Origin: Eledone cirrhosa
Taxonomy: Eukaryota
Assembly: GCA_964016885.1 (NCBI GenBank)
Contig: OZ024742.1
Coordinates: 240,808,001-240,872,000, forward strand
DNA length: 64,000 bases
Direction of reading: 5' to 3'
Shown here: positions 55,340 to 64,000 of the stretch, in pieces
How the letters are laid out: every line of letters starts with the position of its first letter
Position numbering within the stretch: the stretch's first letter is position 1
The notes under the pieces: generated by a model
What the model saw: only the letters and a program-made list of their open reading frames with translations
Told to the model about the DNA's origin: nothing
Databases searched by the model: none
Position numbers and translations under genes: made by a program

Positions 55340-57080
55340 AAATAAAATAAATAAGTCAAATGTTTAAAATTTGGCTTCGTTTATTACTGCTATATATATT
55401 TCGGTGACAGCCATCTTTGGCTGTGACCTCTTCAGGCAGTCCGAATTAGTGTGGTAGAGATGAGTACACATGTTGAGGTGTATAACTTTGTCAATACTCT
55501 GATATGCCCAGTTCCTGGTTGGATTGTTATTTCACTGAGGAACTGGAATCATATGAATTCAAACAAACGAATTTCAGCGTCAAAGGGCCTCTTCTCCTCT
55601 CATTGGTCAGTTGTTAGAACATTCCTCAGTCAAAAGTCTATAGAAATTCGTTCTGAGGCAAGCCAATCTGTAGTTGTTGTTCTTGTTATTGTTAGGTACA
55701 TCTGACCTCTATTCTTGTGTTGGTAGTGGTATTATTGTTGGAGTCAGCTAAAAAAAAATACGATAAAGTGGTAGAAGGAATAAGATGGTAAAGGAACAAA
55801 ATGAAATAAAATAATCGAATAAAATGTGTGTGTGTGTTATACGCATCTCAATGTTATAAAGATTTGTAAGGTCAAACTTCCCATTTGTCAGTTTTGAGAG
55901 CATTCCTCAGTCCAAAGTCTATAGAAATTCTTTCTGGGGTGAGGCTCCCTGTAGTTCTGCCATGTATATGAAAAAATAGAAGGCAATAAAATGAAGTAAA
56001 CAGAAAATAAATAATAGATAGAGAATAAATGAAAAATTAATGAAAAGTGAATATGGAAAATGAAAAGTGAAAAATAAAATGAAGATTCGAATGAAATAAG
56101 ATAAAATGTGTGTGTGCTATAACCAATCTCAAGGTCAGAAATATGTTGGATAGATTGGTAAGAGAAACAAGATGGTAAAAGAATAAAACGAAATAGGATA
56201 ATCAAATAAAATGTGTGTGTTATAACCAATCTCAACTTAAATATAAATATAAGGTGATAAAGTGAAGAAAACAGAAAACAAATAACAAATGAATAATGAG
56301 AAATCAAAATTGAAAAATAAAAAAATCAGGTAAATTAAAATGTGTGTGTGTTATAAAGATGTTGGCCAAATTATAAAGGCTGTGTCAGAATCAATCTCTA
56401 GGCTATCATGGTGTCTGCTCAGCCTGGGTTGGTCCCTATGGCTTGAGGGGAGTTCCCAACCTATGGTGTTGTTACTGCCCATATAGCTTGAGGGAGGTTT
56501 GGTCGGGAGGTGTCTACATGTTCTGGAGAAATCCCTATAGCTTGAGGGGAGTTCACATCTTATTGTGTTGCTACTGTCCATATATCTTGAGGAAGGTCCC
56601 GGCCCTGAGGTGTCTGCATGTCCCGAAGAAGTCGGTTCTGAGGTTTATCGGGCCGCTTCCACCTCTTATTATCTCGAGGGTCTCGTTCAGACATAGTTTG
56701 CATATGCAAGATCCTCCTTTATCGGGTGGTACTTTCCTGATTATGGACCAGGCCAGAGAGTACGGGGTTATGTCCAGCTTAAGCTTGCAGATCAGGTCGG
56801 AGAGAGCCGTACTTTTCTATTTGGCCTCTTTATTAAATGAATGGAGATGGTTATACCAGCGGTCTTTAAAGCTCGTTGATGTGGATCCTATGTAGAGGTG
56901 TTCGGAGTTGGGGGTTTTAACCCTACAACCGTATACTAGGTTCTTCTTAAGGCATTCATTAACAAGGGGGCATGATTCGGGGTTTCTGCAGTTGCAGAGG
57001 GTGGTCGACCTCTGCGTGCCTAGATTGGGGTTCCCGTTAGGTGTTATATGGTGGTCTTCCCCCAACCAACATATACTCAA
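55335..57080 (-). mobile_element. Naiad-like Penelope element, 3' 1.7 kb
   Basis: CNCRNPESCPLVNECLKKNLVYGC...YIGSTSTSFKDRWYNHLHSF..*KSTALSDLI...AWSII...CKLCLNE...INLRTDFFGTCRH; long repetitive UTR; terminal hammerhead; (TA)n on both sides. Confidence 0.9.
55386..55440 (-). ncRNA. Type I hammerhead ribozyme
   Basis: ACTGC-CTGAAGA-GGTCACAGCCaaagatGGCTGTCACC-GAAA-TATATA-TA-GCAGT: intact core, 5-bp stem I, strong stem II, palindromic stem III. Confidence 0.88.
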
Positions 57081-57096
57081 TATATATATATATATA

Positions 57097-57555
57097 TATT
57101 ATAAAACTGACGGCCGTATGTATGTAACAAACTTTTCGCCAAACGGCTGGACCAAAAAGCACCAAATTTGCACCATAGATGTAACTTTTTCCAAGTAAGA
57201 AAGTGAGGGTATCTTTGTCTTCAAAATTTTATTAAAAGATTAAAGATATTTTATCGTTTATTTAAATATTCACTTCTTTAACATTTTCAAATTTCAACAC
57301 TTCCGGTTATACGACATTCCTCGCTCTTTCGTAGTTTGTCTTTTTAGATAGATACACTGAGTGTTGAAATTTGAAAATTTTAAAGAAGTGAATATTTAAA
57401 TAAACTATAAAATATCTTTAATCTTTTAATAAAATTTAGAAGACAAAAATACCCTCACTTTCTTATTGGAAAAAGTTACATCTATGGTGCAAATTTGGTG
57501 CTTTTTGGTCCAGCCGTTTCGCGAAAAGTTTGTTACATACAATCGGCCGTCAGCT

Positions 57556-57562
<7 letters not shown>
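57097..57562. repeat. Inverted duplication of the Helitron-like 5' end (about 200-bp arms)
   Basis: 57097-57301 is the reverse complement of 57360-57562 with scattered mismatches. Confidence 0.9.
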
Positions 57563-57624
<62 letters not shown>

Positions 57625-57627
<3 letters not shown>

Positions 57628-57973
57628 AAAGGTAAACAAATAACAACAGAATCGGTACAGTATATGGAAGGTATATATTAGGTTAACGCTTGATATAGCA
57701 GGAAGAGGGTCTTAACTTTTCGGACGCTAGTCCTTCATCAAAAGAAAGAATGAGAAATAAAATAGATTGAGGGGACGGGCGGGATGGAATTGGAAAAAAT
57801 GTCTTTAGATAAAAATAACAGGTCCATTCATGTTGACATCTCTTGCAAAACTGTTGGTGCTGGCGTTTTGTGTATGGTTTGTTTTTTAGAAAAGTGGATG
57901 ATAGAGCGCGTCTACCTGAAATGGAAAAAAAAACCGTTTTGTAAAAAGAGCTATACTTGAGCACGTGCGTAAG

Positions 57974-58048
<75 letters not shown>

Positions 58049-60915
58049 ATAGGTCCGTACGAGGCTAAGAAGAAATGTGTGTGTATATGTGAGTAAAAGA
58101 GTGTGTGCATGTAAGTATGAAGCTATGAGCAAAAGTATGTTAATATAAGGGTGTGTATCGGCATGTATTAGTTGTAAGAGAAGCTGCTAATGATCAAGAT
58201 AATGGACGGGGATAATGGACGGGGAATTAGAGAAATTGGGGAGGTGAGTTGAGTCCAAGAGGGGAATAGGACCCAAAGCGGTGAATCAGACTTTGTTCAG
58301 TCCTGGTGCGCGAGGCCTGTGATCCATGATGTAAAAGGACACCCAGGACTGAAACATGTAGGTAAGAGCTTCCTCCAACTTCTACCCCTATATGCATCCA
58401 ATCCTCCCTGCATCTCTCCCACCTCATCTTCACCAAAACACGATACAACAGTTACATCATATTTTAAGTCGCTGTCTCCACCCCCCCTCATTCCCCGCGG
58501 TTTCCGCCTCAAGTTTCACCCCACCTCTTACTCTGCTCCCACCACTGAGCCCATCCTTACCCGCTCCTCTCGCCAGCTCATGCGGGCGACCATTCGATAA
58601 ACTCTCGCCCAAATCCGTTCTCTCGACCGAGATCTCCCCAAGGCTTACTCCCATCTCTCCTCCACTTGCCACTCTTTCCTCGCCCAATCCCTTATCCAAT
58701 TCACCCTTTACCTCAATCGCCTCCTTTTCAATTTCCTCACTTCCGTAAAAAATCATAAACTTGACTCTCTCCGCTCCTGTCTGCCGTCACCACCCATACT
58801 TATATCACCTCCAACCCTAACCCCTCTATCTCGTCACCTACCACTGAATCTACACACGCTTTGCCCAACCACCCTGACCCCTCCACCTCCGCCTCTTTCA
58901 CTCCCTCACGTCTCTGCACGGTAGTCACCATACTCCAGGATCTACCACTCTCCGGAGCTGAGTGCTCCCTCCTCGCTCGTGGTTTCCGTTTTATACCAAC
59001 CACATCTACCTGCGACGAGTTCCGCACACGTGCCGAGATTGAAGGGTACTTCCGTTGATTAAAGCTGAAAGCTTTTTTTCACGACACACCATCATCGACA
59101 CAGACGGATGACTTCACTCGTTTCGGTCGCCAGCAATCACATTGGACGCCGAGATCTGGCCAGTTCAGCACCCTCGACGCCTTTGTCGATACTTGCCGGC
59201 TTACTATGAATCGGTTCCGTTTCCACGAGCATTCTCGTCGCTCTAACATCACCCGAACTGAGCTTTCCGCTCTTCGCAACCTTCAACGTTGCGATGACAT
59301 TGTCATCAAACCCGCTGACAAAGGTGGCGCTGTGGTGGTTTGGAGCGCTGACCTCTATAGGGCTGAGGCTCTCCGCCAGCTTCACAATACCCTTTTTTAC
59401 CGCTCTTTATTCTCCGACCCCACTCCTGGCTACCAACAACTCGTGTCCTTCACCATCCACGAGCTCATCTCCTCCTGTCACCTACCCCCACAGCCACCAA
59501 CCTTATTTTACGCACCCTTCGCACACCCACCATCTACTTCCTCCCTAAAATACACAAACAAAATAATCCTGGCCGTCTTATCGTTTCTGCGTGTAACTGC
59601 CCCACCGAGATAATTTCTGAATATTTAGACACCACCCTCACCCCGTTGGTCGGCAATCTCCCCTCCCACATCCACGATACAAATCATGCCCTTAGACTCT
59701 TCAACTCTTTCTCCTTCCTTCCTGGTCCCTCCCGCCTTCTCTTTACCCTGGACATCACTTCTCTCTATACCGTCATCCCTCATGATGACGGTCTCGCGCT
59801 CTCCAGCATTTTTTAGATTTACGTCCTACCTCTTACCCCAGCACTACCACTCTTCTCCTACTGGCTGAGCTTGTTCTCACCCTTAATGGAATTTCTTTTT
59901 CGGGTGAATTTTACCAGCAGGTCTCTGGTGTAGCGATGGGAACCAGAATGGGTCCAAACTATTCCAACTTGTTTGTTGGCTACGTCGAAGGCCAGATTTT
60001 CTTCCAGTACGCTGGACCGACTCCTGAGCTATACGGTCATTGTATCGACGACTGTATCGGCACCACCTCTCTATCACGAGAACAGCTCGACTGTTTTCTT
60101 TCTTTTATCCAATCTTTCCATTCTGCTCTCAATTTCACCGCCTCTGTCTCCGATTCTTCTGTCGCTTTTCTAAATATCTCTCGATCTATTAATCACTCTC
60201 ACCACACCCTCTCTACTTCCATCTTCATTAAACCAACAGACTCCCACTCTTACTTCGACTTCACCTCCTCCCATCCAACCCACATCAAACACTCCATATC
60301 CTATCCCCAATTCCTCCGTCTTCGTCGACTCTGTAGCCAGGACGACGATTTCGAAACCCATTCCCTTCGCATGGCTTCCTGCTTCATACAACGTGGATAT
60401 CCCCCCACCTTAATTCAAGCTACTCTCACCCGTGCCCGTGAAACAGACCGCACCACAGGCCTCTCACCTCACCCCCGCCATCCCAACACCCGTGTTCCTT
60501 TCCCGCTCACCCTATCACTCCGGCGACATACCCTCCGTTCCTTCCGTATCCTCTCTTCTGACCCCGTTACTTCTCGCTTTTTTCCAAACCCACCCATTAC
60601 TGCTTTTAAGCGTGCCCGTAACCTCCGCGACCTCCTGGTTCGCAGTTTCTTTTCGTCCTCTACCACGACTCCACCTGGCTCTCATCCTTGTTCCCGTTCC
60701 CGCTGTAACACTTGACCCTTTATTTCCACCCTCACCACTCTTACAGGCCCTAATGGGTCTTTCCGTATCAGCCATTCCTTCACCTGCACATCCACCCACA
60801 TTGTCTATGCCCTCCGGTATTCCCTTTGCGGGTCTTTATATATCGGACAAACGGGACACCGTTTTGCCGAACATTTGAGGGACATCAGACTCGGTTTGGA
60901 TACTCCTGTCGCCCA
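57625..60915 (+). mobile_element. Neptune-like Penelope element with inverted 5' pLTR, degenerate
   Basis: Plus strand: IKPADKGGAVVVW, GVAMGTRMGPNY, CIDDC, KPTDSHSY, QFLRLRRLCS, PCSRSRCNT*P, then GIY-YIG (TCTSTHIVYAL, YIGQTG, RFAEHLRDI). Minus 58350-57625 holds the ORF end (EQSLIHRFGSYSPLGLN), UTR and a degenerate minimal hammerhead at about 57710-57745. Confidence 0.92.
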
Positions 60916-60931
60916 TATATATATATATATA

Positions 60932-61495
60932 GTGATAATAATAAAATTGAAGACTAAAATCCAAAGAGGGCTCGATAAGGAAAATATATATCAGATATAT
61001 AAGAACCGAAGAGCAAATATTTATTAAAATAACAGATTAAAGTTTAAGCAAAGAATCGCTGCTTTCACCCTTAACGGGATCTTCTGAAACTAACAAAGTC
61101 AATCTGTAAACGCAGAACTGGATATTTCTCCACGCTCCACATATGACTTATTATCTTCGTTTTTTCGTTCATTGCCAGAGAACGTCTCTATGCACCACTT
61201 AGAGAACATTAGTCTACGACCTCTTTTATACCATAAACGTGGTTCTGTCTTTGCGCGTAATTGTTTTTCAACGCTCCTATTAATGACGTATTATTCGTTT
61301 TTCTCCGTTCTTTGCCAGCGAACGTCACCATGAACCAAAGTATCGTCTTCCTGTCTTCCTCCGGTTGCAACGTTTTTTGAAATATCCAGTTCTGCGTTTA
61401 CAGATTGACTTTGTTAGTTTCAGAAGATCCCGTTAAGGGTGAAAGCAGCGATTCTTTGCTTAAACTTTAATCTGTTATTTTAATAAATATATATA
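60932..61495. mobile_element. Family E fold-back terminal element
   Basis: Inverted arms about 61016-61126 and 61380-61490, each with the variant hammerhead (61041-61091 minus, 61416-61466 plus); bounded by TA runs. Confidence 0.7.
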
Positions 61496-61676
61496 TCACG
61501 ATAAATTAACGGAGGCATAGGCCGTCGTTATTCCCTGTAAATAATGTGCTCAAAGGGGAAGAGATCCTGAGCCCTTTAAAATATAATATGTTGAGAAGGT
61601 AACACACCAGAGAGAGATATATAGTGCGTTATCAATAATACAGGGAAAAAAACCACCAGTGTGTTACCTTCTCAAC

Positions 61677-61725
<49 letters not shown>

Positions 61726-61944
61726 CAAAAAAAGAAAATTATATATTTTCACTATATTTTCACTAGTTCTGACAGTTTGGCAGGTAAACAGTGGGCTGTA
61801 CTGATGAAGAGTGATGCCCAGAAACATTAGTGTCTGCTATTCTGTTCACATGCCAACACAAGAGCAAGAATGGAGGGTTCATTCTACTGACATGGCTATA
61901 AAATTGAGGCTTGTTTGCATAATTGCAAACGAATCGAATGTTGC

Positions 61945-62125
61945 ATTGGCAGTATCGGTGGAGGGTCGGACGCCATGCTTTCCAGCATAGTTACGTCCCT
62001 TTACGATCTGAGTTCAAATCCCGCCGAGGTTGACTTTGCCTTTCATCCTTACGGGGTTGATAAAATAAAGTACCAGTAATGCACTGGGTAATTGCTGGTC
62101 TTGTGCCTAAAGTAGAAACAATTAT
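61945..62125 (+). mobile_element. SINE family A
   Basis: Full copy. Confidence 0.92.
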
Positions 62126-62169
62126 TAATATTCGAAAAACTCAGATTACATTTATATATATATATATAC

Positions 62170-63112
62170 GTTAATCCGGGTTGAATCGGAGGTAACCACA
62201 GTAAGTAAGGTACTCAATACATAGCAGTGTATAAAAGTTTTAATATAGATGAGATTCTACAGGACTAGAACTGTTTCATTCTTTAGAAATCATCAGGAAT
62301 CTGGATATCAAAAAATAAATATGGTATTTATAGGCCTCTTCAGGTGGTAGGAGAGGGTAGGGAGTGGGATGGGTGTAGATCATTGGTTGATAGAAAAGGG
62401 AATTCATTAAAAGCTAATTCTTTAAAGCTATAATTTATATTTAGAGTAACAAAGGCAGAACGAATTCTATAAACAAGTTCAGAATGGGGTGCCACTTCTT
62501 ATTTTTAAGTTTCACTTAAGCTAACAATGCCTATATTTGAGGTGCTTATAAGATCGTTGGGCGTCAGTCATGGTTGATGGATTTAAAGAAAAGGGAAATT
62601 CTTTAAAAGCTAATTCTTTAAGGTTCTACTTAGAGTGACAAAGGCCTAGAGAATTCAATAGACCAGTTCAAAATATTGAGTGCCTGTCATACCATTATCT
62701 TCAAGTTTCTCTTAAGCTATATTCCAAATGTCAACAGACACATTCACAAACACACACACACTCACACACACACACACACGCGCACCCCCCCCCCTACACA
62801 CACATACTAATCACTAAATCCCAAGTGATTTAATCCTGGTATGTATATAAACATTTCTAACATTACTTTTTACCTAATTATGTATGGTTGACCGTATATT
62901 TAATTAATTTCCACGTGCTGTTGAAATGTTGGGTAAATATTCTATAGCGGTTGTACGCGAAGACGCCGCACTGGCGTATTTATTTACTGTCTCTTCATAG
63001 ATGCCTTTTATCGCCTGGTCTAACTGATTTTTTGTGTGGTTAATTATGCTGATTGGGAGTAGAGATGATGTATATATATTATCAAATAATTCTCTGGACA
63101 TGCTTTACTCTA
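62170..63112 (-). mobile_element. Probable PLE 3' end (internally duplicated UTR + hammerhead-like motif)
   Basis: Minus 62292-62250 reads AGATTC-CTGATGA-TTTCtaaaGAAT-GAAAC-AGTTCTA-GTC; direct repeat about 62385-62523 / 62573-62719; (TA)n on both sides. Confidence 0.5.
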
Positions 63113-63114
63113 TA

Positions 63115-63174
<60 letters not shown>

Positions 63175-63289
63175 TATTTACGTATCGAGAAAGAGAAAAA
63201 AAGGGGAGGATAGGTGATACATATAGTTATTTGCCAAGTAGCGTATTATATATATATAAATCAAGTACGCTGGTTGTATATGTATAAGC

Positions 63290-63365
<76 letters not shown>

Positions 63366-64000
63366 GCTTATACATATACACACAGCGTACTTGATTTTTC
63401 AAGAAGCTGAAAATTTTAATGTTGTCAGCAGAAGTAAATACATTTCCCAGTCAGTTTTTAAAATGAAAACACTTTTAAATGAAATATATGTTGTTCTTTC
63501 TTTATTGGCATGTATCATTACCCATTTTCTTTTCCTTATATTTAATGATAAACTTTTACCTTTTGTAATGGCTAATTCTTGAGTAAAAGTTTCAGGTTTA
63601 TTTCATTTACGTTTTTATAGACCAGGTAATCTTTTTACCAGAATGGTTTGCCTTAAATGACATATTCTATGTATTGCTTTAAAAATATCATATTCAATCT
63701 TAGTTTTTCTTGGTTTATTTAAGGGTAGGTAGAATAATAGTTTGATGTGTGCTATTTTCAGGGAAAGCATGGAACCCTAATAGGACTATGATGAAATGAT
63801 ATTATACGATACTAATGCTTTTCTCAAGAGAAATGAAATGTTTGTTTTCTAGTAGGTTTCGTATCCCTACTAGGGTGTCAGATTTCAGGCAAGTTTCTTC
63901 TTTCTTAAGTTTTTTTTTACTATTACCAGGACAGTGAAAATAAACATGACACAAGAATATTTTACTTAAAATTACTAGAGTAGCAATATAGCGCGGGTTA

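Noticed and set aside
60713-60715. TGA at a conserved Cys (RCNT*P) as possible selenocysteine, as reported for some Naiad PLEs
   Set aside because: This copy is Neptune-like and has other stops and frameshifts, so a TGY to TGA mutation is simpler; no SECIS recognised. A family consensus would settle it.

Overview
Repeat-saturated, AT-rich eukaryotic (animal) intergenic or intronic DNA. The microsatellite density and SINE type resemble octopus/cephalopod genomes, but that is an inference. I found no host protein-coding exon I can support. Almost all listed ORFs are translations of (TA)n/(CA)n/(GA)n/triplet microsatellites. The real content is a nest of mobile elements: three L1/Tx1-type LINE copies (one near full length, 20160-26022), a full-length RTE LINE with a twin-priming-type 5' inversion (49966-53580), a tandem cluster of RTE-derived non-autonomous elements, an R4/Dong-type 3' fragment, at least six Penelope-like (PLE) remnants (Neptune-like, Naiad-like and others), about 13 copies of one tRNA-derived SINE, a non-autonomous Helitron and small MITEs. 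Most notable observations: (1) many short, usually fold-back, non-coding PLE termini from unrelated families carry type I hammerhead ribozymes and sit in (TA)n tracts, and one family has a variant catalytic core; (2) two diverged Tx1 elements both have a GT-AG micro-intron candidate at the ORF1/ORF2 junction whose removal fuses ORF1 to ORF2 in frame; (3) each retroelement family is tied to its own microsatellite. Boundaries and mismatch counts were read by eye and are approximate.
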